A stretch of DNA of 64,000 nucleotides, from contig JBHOSQ010000001.1 in the NCBI GenBank assembly GCA_042584585.1, positions 3,508 through 67,507 of the forward strand, read 5' to 3'. Of the stretch, positions 24,922 to 34,301 are shown piece after piece. The notes beneath the pieces are model-generated. The model was not told the origin of the DNA, searched no databases, and worked only from the letters and a program-made list of their open reading frames with translations. This stretch comes from an archaeon (lineage in GTDB: Archaea > B1Sed10-29 > WALL01). Position numbers and translations under genes: made by a program. How positions within the stretch are numbered: position 1 is the first letter of the stretch; every line of letters starts with the position of its first letter.

Positions 24922-25743
24922 TCACTCCTTCTTTTTCCGGGACCTGATGATGGCGGCGAACATCGCGCCCACCGCGGAGATGACGCCCATGATGACGAAG
25001 CTCAGCATCAGTACGAACATGTCGACCTGGCTCGGGTCAAGGAACTTGATGATTCCGGTGAGCGAGACCATCGAGGTCAACGCATAAACGCCGAAGAACA
25101 GCGACGGCATGAACGCGCCGTAAACGATTTCGGGAATGAACCCGATTTCATATTTTTCTTTTACGGCGAGCAGTGTCGTGGCAAACGAAACAAGGAACAC
25201 GAAGATATAGAAGCTCCAGAAATGGGTTTGGAGCACGGGCTTTTCGCCGAGGAACACACGGTAGTCGTTCATGTTAACGTCGAATCCCCTGAACTCGTTG
25301 CGGCCCCACCACCCTGCGGTGCCAAGGACTTCTTCGGTGTCCAAAGCCCCAAAGGCCTCGACGGTTTCGTCGGGCAGCCCGATAATTTTGGGGTTGAGCG
25401 TCAATTCCGTGAACGCAGCACTGGCTATCCAGTAATTGAGATACGTGTAGGCACTTGGCGAGACTGGCGGCGCCTTAATGAGTTTGCTTAATTCGTCGGC
25501 ACGGTTGGACGCGTCCCTGAAAGCCATGGCCTCGGTTGCCCTGCCGTCGGAGTACGCGGTGCTGGCCTTTACCTCCATCAAGTCGGAAACGAACAGCAAG
25601 TCGTTCTGGACCCCTTCGACCTGCGATGCGTACATCGCGTGGAGGAAGACGCCGTAGCCGAACCCGAAAATCAGGAGCAGGGACGACCCAATAAGCAGCA
25701 CTCGGACTAAGTCATTGAAGCTGAAAAAGTCCTTTAGCTGCAT
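24922..25743 (-). CDS. Hypothetical multi-pass membrane protein
   Basis: ORF 24922..25758 (GTG), or ATG 25743. One N-terminal TM, an extracytoplasmic domain, then 4 C-terminal TMs. Confidence 0.65.
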   Translation of the reverse strand: MQLKDFFSFNDLVRVLLIGSSLLLIFGFGYGVFLHAMYASQVEGVQNDLLFVSDLMEVKASTAYSDGRATEAMAFRDASNRADELSKLIKAPPVSPSAYTYLNYWIASAAFTELTLNPKIIGLPDETVEAFGALDTEEVLGTAGWWGRNEFRGFDVNMNDYRVFLGEKPVLQTHFWSFYIFVFLVSFATTLLAVKEKYEIGFIPEIVYGAFMPSLFFGVYALTSMVSLTGIIKFLDPSQVDMFVLMLSFVIMGVISAVGAMFAAIIRSRKKKE

Positions 25744-25776
25744 AGAAAGGAAGAACACCGGACGGGAATAAAAAGG

Positions 25777-28512
25777 TTATGCCCTCGACACGCCAATCGC
25801 GATTTCCTTGCCCTGGAACTTGATTTTCGCCGCCTCGTCGCCGCCATCGCCGACTGACGCTTTGGCTGCGTTGACCTTCTTCTGCACGAACGGCAAGGCA
25901 TTGTCCAGCAAGTCGTGGCCAGAAACAAACAAAGTAATCTTGTCCTCGACGTTCAAGCCCATCTTCTTGCGCACTGACTGCACCTGCCGGGCGACGTCCG
26001 AAGCGAGAGCTTCGGCGAGAAGCGAGTCGTCCATCTTGGTGTCCAGCGCAAGCTCCTTGCCGCGGACGACTTCCTTCACGTTGCACTGGCTCTTCAGCAC
26101 ATGCGAAAAGTTCTTGAACTCCCCAGGAACGGTTAGTGTCTTCAATGGCCAGCGCAGCTTGACCTCGGCGTCCTGGCGCATCGTCGCGACCTTTTCGATT
26201 ATGTCGCGGGCCACAGCCATCTCCTCGTCGAGAGCAGGGTCAAGGTATTTCTCGTCCACTGCCGGCCAGTCCGCCAAGTGCACACTTTCCCCGCCGAAAA
26301 TCTCGAGGTTCGAGCTTTCGGATAAGTAGGGGAGTGCGGGGGCAAGCAAGCGGTTCACACGCTCCAACGTGTAGTACAGCGTCGCGAATGCCTCTTGCTT
26401 GTCCGCGCCGTCGTAGGTGGGCCACGTGCGGCCGCGGATTAATTTAATGTAAAAGCGGGACAAGTCGTTGATGACGAAGTCCGAAACGACGCCCATCGCC
26501 TTGTAGCCCATGAACTTGTCGTTGTATTCCGTTGCCTCTTTGACGACTGCATTGACGCGCGACAAGAGCCAGCGGTCCTCGGCGGACGGGTTTTTCAGCT
26601 CCGCTTTCTTGCAGTACAACGTGAAGAACTTGAACGAGTTCTGCAGAATCGTGAAGAACCGGCGCACGTCATCCACTTTTTCCCACGCCCAGTCAAAGTC
26701 CGCAGACGGGTCGAACTCCAACAAGTAATACCGGAGGGTGTCGCGGGAATGCTTCTCGATTACTTCTTCGGGCGACACGACGTTGCCCTTGCTCTTGCTC
26801 ATCTTGATGCCGCCCTGCGAAAGCACAAGGCCGTGCTGCAAAATGTTCTCGAACGGGATGCGGCCGAACGTGATGTAGCCACAGATAGCGAGCGAATTCC
26901 ACCAGCCACGGGTTTGGTCCGGGCCTTCAAGCACGAACTTAACGGGCCACAACGACTCGAACGGCTCCTTTTTCCGGGGGTAGCCAAGCGACGACCACGG
27001 CGCGGTGCCGGAGTCGAACCACACGTCCAAAACGTCCTCGACGCGCGTCATTTCCTTGCCGCATTTGCACGGGAGCTTGATTTTGTCGATGTGCGGGCGG
27101 TGCAGGTCCTCGGGGACTGAAGGGAGCTCGTCCGTGGAGCCAACGACTTTTACTTCGCCGCACTCGCACTCCCAAATCGGGAGCGGGATGCCCCAGTAGC
27201 GCTGGCGGCTGATTGGCCAGTCGCCAAGCGACTGCAGCCAGTTGTCGAACCGCTTGCCGGCCCACGACGGGACCCACGGGATCTTGCTGTTCTGCTCAAT
27301 CAAGTCTTTTTTCATGTCGCTTACTTTGAAGAACCACTGCGGCATGTTAAGGAAGAGTAACGGCGAGTTGCAGCGCCAGCACATTGGGTAGTCGTGGTCG
27401 AACTCCTGCTGGAGCAAGAGGTTGCCACTGCCCTTGAGGTCGTTGATTATTACGGGGTCCGCGTCCTTCACGTACTTTCCCGCGTACGCGCCCACAGTGT
27501 CGTCGTAGTGCCCGTTGGGGAGCACGGGGCAAAGGATTTCGAGGCCTTTTTCCTTTCCGACGCGCCAGTCCTCTTCGCCGTGTCCCGGCGCGGTGTGAAC
27601 CAAACCTGTTCCTTCCTCAAGGTGGACGTAGCGCTCGCTCATGACGACGCGGTTCTTGACTTTTTCCTGGAGCGGGAGCTTCAGGGGGTGGTCGTACTCC
27701 CAGTCCTCCATTTCCGCGCCCTTGATTGTCTTGATTAGTGTGTAGCCGGTCTCCATTTTTTCCATGACTTTGGGGAGCAGGTCCTTGGCCATCCACAATT
27801 TTCCGGCCATGGTCTCGACGAGCACGTAGTCAAACTTGGGGTTTGCCATCACGCCAGTGTTCGCGGGAAGCGTCCACGGGGTGGTGGTCCAGATTAATAG
27901 AAATTCATCTTTGCCTTTTAGCTGGAACTTGACGTAAACAGAAGTGTCGCGCCTTTTCTCGTACTCGATTTCGTTGTACGCCACAACGGTCTCGCAAGAG
28001 GGGCAGACGTGCAATGGATAAGTGCCCTTGTAAAGCAGTCCCTTGTCGAACGCGATTTTGAACGTGTGCCACGCGCCCTCCATGTATTCGTTGTCGAGGG
28101 TGACGTACGGCTTTTCCCAGTCCATCCACACCCCAAGGTTGTCGAACTGCTTGTTCATGACGTCGATGAACTTGGTGGCGTAGTCCTTGCACTCGGCGTT
28201 GAACTTGTCCACGCCCAGTTTTTCGATGTCGTCTTTGCCGCGAATGCCGAGCTGCTTCTCGACCTTTACCTCAATCGGCAGGCCGTGCGTGTCGTACCCT
28301 GGCTGGCACCAGACGTCGAAGCCCTTCATGCGCAGAAAGCGAATGTAATAGTCCTTAAGGATTTTGTTGAACGTGGTCCCCATGTGGATGTAGCCAGTGG
28401 CATACGGCGGCCCGTCCAAAAAGTAGTACTTTTCCTTGCCGCTGTTGCGCTTGAGTGCCTTCTTGCGCAAATCGTTCTTTTGCCAGTACTCAATGACTTC
28501 GTTCTCGTCCAT
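25777..28512 (-). CDS. ileS: Isoleucyl-tRNA synthetase (compact, ~911 aa)
   Basis: GYDTHGLPIE, TTTPWTLPAN, WPISRQRYWGIPLPIW and KMSKSKGN. The HIGH position reads HMGT. Start is GTG 28521 or ATG 28512. Confidence 0.9.
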   Translation of the reverse strand: MDENEVIEYWQKNDLRKKALKRNSGKEKYYFLDGPPYATGYIHMGTTFNKILKDYYIRFLRMKGFDVWCQPGYDTHGLPIEVKVEKQLGIRGKDDIEKLGVDKFNAECKDYATKFIDVMNKQFDNLGVWMDWEKPYVTLDNEYMEGAWHTFKIAFDKGLLYKGTYPLHVCPSCETVVAYNEIEYEKRRDTSVYVKFQLKGKDEFLLIWTTTPWTLPANTGVMANPKFDYVLVETMAGKLWMAKDLLPKVMEKMETGYTLIKTIKGAEMEDWEYDHPLKLPLQEKVKNRVVMSERYVHLEEGTGLVHTAPGHGEEDWRVGKEKGLEILCPVLPNGHYDDTVGAYAGKYVKDADPVIINDLKGSGNLLLQQEFDHDYPMCWRCNSPLLFLNMPQWFFKVSDMKKDLIEQNSKIPWVPSWAGKRFDNWLQSLGDWPISRQRYWGIPLPIWECECGEVKVVGSTDELPSVPEDLHRPHIDKIKLPCKCGKEMTRVEDVLDVWFDSGTAPWSSLGYPRKKEPFESLWPVKFVLEGPDQTRGWWNSLAICGYITFGRIPFENILQHGLVLSQGGIKMSKSKGNVVSPEEVIEKHSRDTLRYYLLEFDPSADFDWAWEKVDDVRRFFTILQNSFKFFTLYCKKAELKNPSAEDRWLLSRVNAVVKEATEYNDKFMGYKAMGVVSDFVINDLSRFYIKLIRGRTWPTYDGADKQEAFATLYYTLERVNRLLAPALPYLSESSNLEIFGGESVHLADWPAVDEKYLDPALDEEMAVARDIIEKVATMRQDAEVKLRWPLKTLTVPGEFKNFSHVLKSQCNVKEVVRGKELALDTKMDDSLLAEALASDVARQVQSVRKKMGLNVEDKITLFVSGHDLLDNALPFVQKKVNAAKASVGDGGDEAAKIKFQGKEIAIGVSRA

Positions 28513-28606
28513 TCTAACCACGCGTAGCGTAAGATTTTGTTGGATTTGTATAAAAAGCAGGTGGGAGCAACAGCCTTTAAAAACACGGCGTGCATATATT
28601 TTACTA

Positions 28607-30643
28607 ATGGTGAATGTGCGGTTGCCTGGGCACAGTCTCGAAATAATTCACGCTAGCCGGCGCAGGCTCGCACCGAGTGGCAAGAAAATGGAAAAGCACG
28701 TACTTGGCTTTATCGATCCTGAAGGCAACGACACTGGGCGTTTCGTGGTCGGCACTCGGGTGGACAAGATTACTGACCTTAACTTTTTGCCGTTGCTTGG
28801 CTCTCGCCGCGGGAGGAACAGGGACGTTGTTTCTGTGAAAACCCATGATGGGCGGTTCGTTTACAAGTTCACGAAGAATATCCCCACGGAGGACTATACT
28901 GTTCAATCGGTGGATGAAAAGATTTATCCGCTTCTTGAGGAATCGATTCCTTGCGCAAAGCACGAGAAAACCATTGAATTGCCGTACGTGGAATACAAAG
29001 ACGATGACGGAGCCATCCACACCAAAGGGATGAGGGTGATTGTTGAGGAGGATGTTGGGCACAAAAACTTGTCTGAGGAACGGTTCAACATTCACGTCTC
29101 GAAAAAAGGGCTTAAGCGTATGAAACGGGCGCTGAGGGACATCACAAACCATTCCATTACAATGATCCAAAAAGGATTATTGCTTGACATAAAGCCGGAG
29201 AACTTCGTGCTTAAACAAGAAGGTTGGGCGGAGAAATTGTTGTTGGTCGACAAGGACCACTTAGTCAGATTAACGGAAGAAAACCGGGCGGAAAAACTTG
29301 CGACGCTCGGTAAAGACATAGGGAGGTCATTTGCTGACCTGTATTTGTTGAACGATCCGTTACTGGATGCCAAGCGCTATGAAGACATCAAGGACTATTT
29401 AACTAATAAAATTCGCTCTTGGACAATCGCTCCACCGCGGGACCTGGACGGAAACGAAATGAAAGAACTTTCGGACAAGGACGCCAAAAAAATAATCAAT
29501 GGAATGGATGCCTATCTCACGAAAAAGTTCCACACAAGTTATAACGAGCTATATTCCGCAGCTAAGCTAAAGATAAACCGTGAGCCCACACCCAGTATTG
29601 AGTCAAGTCCGTTTAAGTTTACGGGCGGGAAAAAATCAGAGATTATTCGGGGCCTTAAGTCTTCGTACAAACAGAAGACCAAAAATATTGCGAATCTGGA
29701 ACAGCATATAATGCGTTTGGAGATGGAACTCCAAAAAGGCTCCGACATAGGCTTGATTTCGGCTGGAAGAAAAAACCAGATAAACCGGTCTTTCCACCAC
29801 CACAAGCTTGCCATGATGGAAGCCAAAATGAATACTTTCAATGAAATATTAGATGACTTGGAAAAAGCGAAGCCGAAGACTGAATCCTCAAAAAAAGAGG
29901 TCGATAAAACCCGTAAAAAACTCAAGAGATTACTGTCAGACTCAATTAGTAAATACACTGATATGAACGAAGCGTTCGAGAAAGAAGAACTGGCAATTGG
30001 GGACCAAGAGGCAGTGAAGTTAAACCAGTACATTATCCCATTCAAACATAACGAGGTAGTGAAGACCTTGGCGTTATACAAGCAGACGATGGCCGGAACC
30101 ATCACAAAAGAAGCACAGGGACTGGAAAAAACGCTTAGGAGCGCAGAAGAACAAGGGCAATTAGAAGAGGGAACGGCAGCGAGGCTGGGTGTGCCAATGG
30201 CCATGCAAAACCTTTCGCTTCTCGAAAACGAATACGACTTGTACGAAAACATGTCTACGGGATTGAAAGAAGAGAAAAATGAGTTAATGCAATCGCGTTA
30301 CGACGAGTTCAGGTACCTTGTGGAAACACAAAGCATTGATGGGCTTCTGGAGAGCATCAGAAGAAACAAGAAAAGACCGTCGGTTGAAGACTATCTCGAG
30401 ACGAACTTCATCGGGAAGCAAATCAAAGTAGTTATCCAGAACAAGGACGTTGGAGGGTTCCAGTGGCTGCTTAAGTCCATGAGCGAGGGAGAACTGGACG
30501 AGCTAAGCAAGGCAGTCAGTAGCCTCCCCAAGCAAAGCGAAGACGCGCTCGACTACAACATCAAGCACTGCAAAAAGCAACTCGATGAACTGGTGGGCCT
30601 AATCGCTCCAGTAAAAGAACTAACTGACAAGTACTATCAATAA
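28607..30643 (+). CDS. Protein-kinase-like domain fused to a ~400-aa coiled-coil region
   Basis: Track ORF 28436.. overlaps ileS, so it is trimmed to ATG 28607, ~26 nt after TTTAAAAA (ATG 28688 is an alternative). LGSRRGRNRDVVSV...FVYKFTK (G-loop/beta3-like), GLLLDIKPENFVL (catalytic-loop-like) and LLLVDKDHL (DFG position). The C-terminus is heptad-like K/E/L-rich. Visibly AT-rich. Confidence 0.6.
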   Translation: MVNVRLPGHSLEIIHASRRRLAPSGKKMEKHVLGFIDPEGNDTGRFVVGTRVDKITDLNFLPLLGSRRGRNRDVVSVKTHDGRFVYKFTKNIPTEDYTVQSVDEKIYPLLEESIPCAKHEKTIELPYVEYKDDDGAIHTKGMRVIVEEDVGHKNLSEERFNIHVSKKGLKRMKRALRDITNHSITMIQKGLLLDIKPENFVLKQEGWAEKLLLVDKDHLVRLTEENRAEKLATLGKDIGRSFADLYLLNDPLLDAKRYEDIKDYLTNKIRSWTIAPPRDLDGNEMKELSDKDAKKIINGMDAYLTKKFHTSYNELYSAAKLKINREPTPSIESSPFKFTGGKKSEIIRGLKSSYKQKTKNIANLEQHIMRLEMELQKGSDIGLISAGRKNQINRSFHHHKLAMMEAKMNTFNEILDDLEKAKPKTESSKKEVDKTRKKLKRLLSDSISKYTDMNEAFEKEELAIGDQEAVKLNQYIIPFKHNEVVKTLALYKQTMAGTITKEAQGLEKTLRSAEEQGQLEEGTAARLGVPMAMQNLSLLENEYDLYENMSTGLKEEKNELMQSRYDEFRYLVETQSIDGLLESIRRNKKRPSVEDYLETNFIGKQIKVVIQNKDVGGFQWLLKSMSEGELDELSKAVSSLPKQSEDALDYNIKHCKKQLDELVGLIAPVKELTDKYYQ

Positions 30644-32067
30644 GCGCTGCTCAGCAATCCGATGTTCTCGGCTTTTTTGCCGCAGCCAACGCACTTGCCG
30701 CTGACCCTTGACGTTGACTTTCGGTCAACGTCATAAACCACGGTGCCGCGGAACTCAAGCTTCTTCATCTTGCCTTCCAATGCCTGCCAGCAGTCCTTGC
30801 TGCCGCACACCGGAACGGTCACGGGCAGCGACGCCTTGTCCGCCTCCTTCAGCGAGTCCATAGACTTCGCGTTGACGATTGCCTGCCCGTGGAACTCAAG
30901 CGCTTTTTTCTTCATGGCTTTCGTGACGTCCGCCAAAATCTTCGCGACTTCCTTGTTAACATCCTTGAGGGCCACCGCTTTCTTTTGGCGCGTGTCCCTG
31001 CGCACCAAAACCGCTTCGCCTTTCTCGACGTCACGCGGCCCAATCTCTATGCGGACGGGCACGCCCTTTAGCTCCCAGCGGTAATACTTCGCGCCGGGGT
31101 TGTCGTCGCTGGTGTCGATTTCTTTGCGGCACGTAAGTGAATCGAAAATCTTTTTTGCTGCGGACTCTATTTTTTTCTTGTCGCCCTTGAACACGACGGG
31201 AACGACAACCGCTTGAATCGGCGCGAACTCCGGCGGAAGCACGAGGCCGTGCTCGTCGCCGTGCACCCCAATCAACGCCGCGATTATTCTTGACGAAATC
31301 CCGTGGCTGTTGAGGTGGCACAGTTGCTGTTCGCCCTTTTCGTTTTCGTACGTTACCTCGAAAGTCTTTGCGAACCCGGTGCCGAGGTCGTGGCTCGTTG
31401 CGGATTGTAATGTCTTGTAGTCGGGCATGACAACGTCCCACGCCACTGTCTTGACTGCGCCGGGGAAACGGTCCCAGTCCGGCCGCTCCACAACAAGCGC
31501 GGGAACGCCGAGCGCGGCGAAGAATTCGTTGTACGCCTTTTCGATTGTCTTCATTTCTTCGTCCACTGTTTTTTGGTCCGCGTGCGCACAGTGCGCTTCC
31601 TTGAAAGTAGAGATTTCGCGGTCGCGGATAAGCGGGCGGGTGTGCTTTGTCTCGTAGCGGAACGTGTTCACGATTTGATAAATCTTGAGTGGCAGGTCGG
31701 CGTGGCTGCGTATCCATAACTTGAACATCGGGTACATCACGGTCTCGCTGGTTGGGCGCAACGCGAGGGGGACCTCAAGGTCGGTGAGCCCGCCTTTGGT
31801 GACCCAGTACACGCCGTCTTCGAATCCCTTGATGTGCTGTGCTTCCTTCATTAGCTGGGGTTGCGGGATGAGCATTGGGAACAACGTTTCTTCGTGGCCC
31901 GTCTCGTCCATTAGGCGGCCGAGCTCGCCGAACACCAGCTTGCGCAGCTTGAACCCGAACGGGCGCCAGGCATACGTGCCCTTAAGGTTGTACCTGGAGT
32001 CGATGACTTCGGCGTCCTCCAGCACAGAGTGGTACCAGTCAGAAAAGTTAGCTCTTGACGTTTCCAT
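30637..32067 (-). CDS. proS: Prolyl-tRNA synthetase (archaeal/eukaryotic type)
   Basis: FSDWYHSVLEDAEVIDSRYNLKGTYAWRPFG, class II motifs, C-terminal Zn domain with CGSKDC...CVGCG, and a terminal Tyr. Confidence 0.9.
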   Translation of the reverse strand: METSRANFSDWYHSVLEDAEVIDSRYNLKGTYAWRPFGFKLRKLVFGELGRLMDETGHEETLFPMLIPQPQLMKEAQHIKGFEDGVYWVTKGGLTDLEVPLALRPTSETVMYPMFKLWIRSHADLPLKIYQIVNTFRYETKHTRPLIRDREISTFKEAHCAHADQKTVDEEMKTIEKAYNEFFAALGVPALVVERPDWDRFPGAVKTVAWDVVMPDYKTLQSATSHDLGTGFAKTFEVTYENEKGEQQLCHLNSHGISSRIIAALIGVHGDEHGLVLPPEFAPIQAVVVPVVFKGDKKKIESAAKKIFDSLTCRKEIDTSDDNPGAKYYRWELKGVPVRIEIGPRDVEKGEAVLVRRDTRQKKAVALKDVNKEVAKILADVTKAMKKKALEFHGQAIVNAKSMDSLKEADKASLPVTVPVCGSKDCWQALEGKMKKLEFRGTVVYDVDRKSTSRVSGKCVGCGKKAENIGLLSSAY

Positions 32068-32144
32068 TGAAAAACCCCCTTTCCCAAGGATTGAGGAAAT
32101 AAAGGTCGTGGGGATATAAAAGTGTGCTGGGGAAACAGGTTACC

Positions 32145-32312
32145 CCACCACAAGGACTTGGGGGGCGCCACAACTGGCCTCTGGGGGGATACCAATTGGC
32201 ATCCCCCAAGTCCTTTGGGCTGTCGGAAGCGCCCCCACTGCCACCCGGGGGTTGGGCTTCTGCGCCGGAGGGCGAGCCAGCAGAACAGGAGGGCAAACGG
32301 AGCCGGGTTTTT
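32145..32312 (+). ncRNA. Candidate GC-rich structured RNA in a divergent intergenic region
   Basis: GATATAAAAG box at 32113..32122 and a T5 run at 32308..32312. Contains nested inverted repeats AAGGACTT(32153)/AAGTCCTT(32208), GGGGGCGC/GCGCCCCC, and a G-run family hairpin GGGGGATACC-AATT-GGCATCCCCC (32184..32207). Strand and ends are uncertain. Confidence 0.3.
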
Positions 32313-32387
32313 CCTGCGTTCTGCAGCGATTCTCCTGCATAGGTTTTTATAGGGAGGATGGTTAAACAGTATTAAGGGGGGCTGTTA

Positions 32388-32774
32388 ATGCCTGAAGAAG
32401 AGAAAAAGACCGAAGAAACCGAGGAAGAGGACGAATCACTGGCTTTCGCCAACGCCCAAGTAGTTAGGGTGATGAGGGCCAACGTGGCGCAGGACAAGAT
32501 GATCAAGTCCGCCGTCAAGAAGGAAATGAACCTGTTCCTCGAACAGGTGTGTGGCGACGTGTCCAAGAGAATGGACAAGTTCCCGTACGCAATGATTGAC
32601 CGCAGAATGTTCGACGAGGCCACCGAGGCCTACAGGACCATGGACAAAGTCGTCGAGGAAAAGAAGCGCATAATCGCGCACCTCGAAGCAATCAAGGAAG
32701 ACTGCAACAAGCTCATCCGCGATGTCGACGAAACGTTCAAGTCCGACGACGAAGAAGAAGAAGCCGCGGAATAA
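32388..32774 (+). CDS. Histone-fold-like protein with acidic tails
   Basis: LAFANAQVVRVMRANVAQDKMIKSAVKKEMNLFLEQVCGDVSKRMDKFPYAMIDRRMFDEA fits a helix-loop-long helix-loop-helix histone-fold/NF-YB-like pattern. Poly-E N- and C-termini. Confidence 0.5.
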   Translation: MPEEEKKTEETEEEDESLAFANAQVVRVMRANVAQDKMIKSAVKKEMNLFLEQVCGDVSKRMDKFPYAMIDRRMFDEATEAYRTMDKVVEEKKRIIAHLEAIKEDCNKLIRDVDETFKSDDEEEEAAE

Positions 32775-32792
32775 AGCTCGTTCTGGTGACTA

Positions 32793-33974
32793 ATGGACGC
32801 CGAGAAGCTCAGCAAGAATATTTCCAAGATTTACGCATTCTCGTTCCTGTGGCACCTGCATTTCATGGCTGGCGTGCTGATTCCGTTCTTCACGCTGTGG
32901 GGCAAAATCTCGTTTACCGAGATAATGCTCCTCCAATCCTTTTTTGTTGTATCAGTGTTTTTGCTGGAAATTCCGACCGGCGCAGTCGCCGATAGGTTCG
33001 GCCGCAAAACGTCGCTGATTCTTTCGTCACTAGTCAGCATGGTCGGCGTGATTGTCTATTCGTCTTATCCATCAATAGCGGTGTTCGCGCTCGGCGAATT
33101 CATTTTCGCGATAGGCTCGTCGCTCATAAGCGGTGCGGACGAGGCCTTGATGTACGACACCCTCAAAAAAACGGGGAGGGTCCGGGAATCCAAAAAGATT
33201 CTGCCGCGCATGCACTCGTTCCGCATACTCGGCGTGATGGTTGGCGCGCCAATCGGCGGCATAATCGGGTACTACCTCGGGCTGCAGTACGCCGTGATGC
33301 TAATGGCCATTCCAATGGCACTGTCCGCGCTCGTCGCGTGGACCCTGGAAGAGCCAAAAACAAGGAAGAGCAAGGAGTCCACACGGTACATCGACACGCT
33401 CATCAGCGGGGTCACGTACTTCCGCAAGCACAAAATACTGAGAAAACTAGCGGCAGACGAAATCACGATAGGCGCGGTCATCTTCTTCATTATTTGGCTG
33501 TACCAGCCCGCGCTGCAGAGCGCAGGCGTCGCGATTATTTGGTTCGGGTTCGTCCACGCGTTGATAGCCGTCGCCCAAATCGTTTTCCAGAACAACTTCG
33601 AGCGGCTCGAAAAGTTCTTCGGGAAAAAGGGGTACATCAAGTACAGCGCGATCATTCCGGGGATTTGTTTCATCTTGCTGGCATTGGGAGTTGGCGCATG
33701 GGCCATGGTGGGGCTGATTACGTTGATTGCGGCGTTCGGGCTGTCGCGCAGGGCATTGTACGCCAACTACTACAACAAGCACATTGAAAGCAAGAACCGG
33801 GCCACGGTGCTTTCCACGATTCGGATGGTGGGCAGCTTCGTGCGGGCGCTGCTGTACCCCCTCGTTGGGGTAATGGTCGACTTTTCATTGCCGCTGGCGC
33901 TTGGGGCGATTGGAGTGGTTTTGGTCGCTGCGGCGCTGCTGAGCAGGGTTGAAGATTACATGCTGGTGGACTAG
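32793..33974 (+). CDS. MFS transporter
   Basis: 12 predicted TMs and loop 2-3 motif GAVADRFGRK. Confidence 0.85.
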   Translation: MDAEKLSKNISKIYAFSFLWHLHFMAGVLIPFFTLWGKISFTEIMLLQSFFVVSVFLLEIPTGAVADRFGRKTSLILSSLVSMVGVIVYSSYPSIAVFALGEFIFAIGSSLISGADEALMYDTLKKTGRVRESKKILPRMHSFRILGVMVGAPIGGIIGYYLGLQYAVMLMAIPMALSALVAWTLEEPKTRKSKESTRYIDTLISGVTYFRKHKILRKLAADEITIGAVIFFIIWLYQPALQSAGVAIIWFGFVHALIAVAQIVFQNNFERLEKFFGKKGYIKYSAIIPGICFILLALGVGAWAMVGLITLIAAFGLSRRALYANYYNKHIESKNRATVLSTIRMVGSFVRALLYPLVGVMVDFSLPLALGAIGVVLVAAALLSRVEDYMLVD

Positions 33975-34012
33975 CGCGTGCTAGCAAGCGTAAAGAAAAA
34001 AAAATAGATGGT

Positions 34013-34036
34013 CGGGACGCAGCAAGCCGCGTCCCG
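34013..34036. terminator. Hairpin between convergent genes
   Basis: CGGGACGC-AGCAAGCC-GCGTCCCG, preceded by an A9 run (33997..34005). Confidence 0.4.
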
Positions 34037-34052
34037 GGAGTTTTGACGAAAT

Positions 34053-34244
34053 TTAGAGGTCGGCTGCGCGAACGGTCTTGCGGCCGTTTGCCTTCGCACG
34101 CGAAATCGCGTTGTCAACCATGTCCGCAACATTCTTCGAGAGAGCCTCGCAGAAGTCACCGGCCATGTTAGCCTTCTTCTTCTTCACTTCGTCCCTAACC
34201 TTGCTCTGAACAACTAATACATCCATTTGAATTACCTCTGGCAT
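34053..34244 (-). CDS. Small histone-fold-like (DUF1931-type) protein
   Basis: MPEVIQMDVLVVQSKVRDEVKKKKANMAGDFCEALSKNVADMVDNAISRAKANGRKTVRAADL. The GRKTV...D C-terminal motif is typical of histone-fold proteins. ATG 34244 is 24 nt from CCTATATAAATG. Confidence 0.55.
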   Translation of the reverse strand: MPEVIQMDVLVVQSKVRDEVKKKKANMAGDFCEALSKNVADMVDNAISRAKANGRKTVRAADL

Positions 34245-34301
34245 ATTTGCTAACCACGTCATTTATATAGGTTTCGCTCAAAATGCCCTTTTTGGAGGGG
34301 T

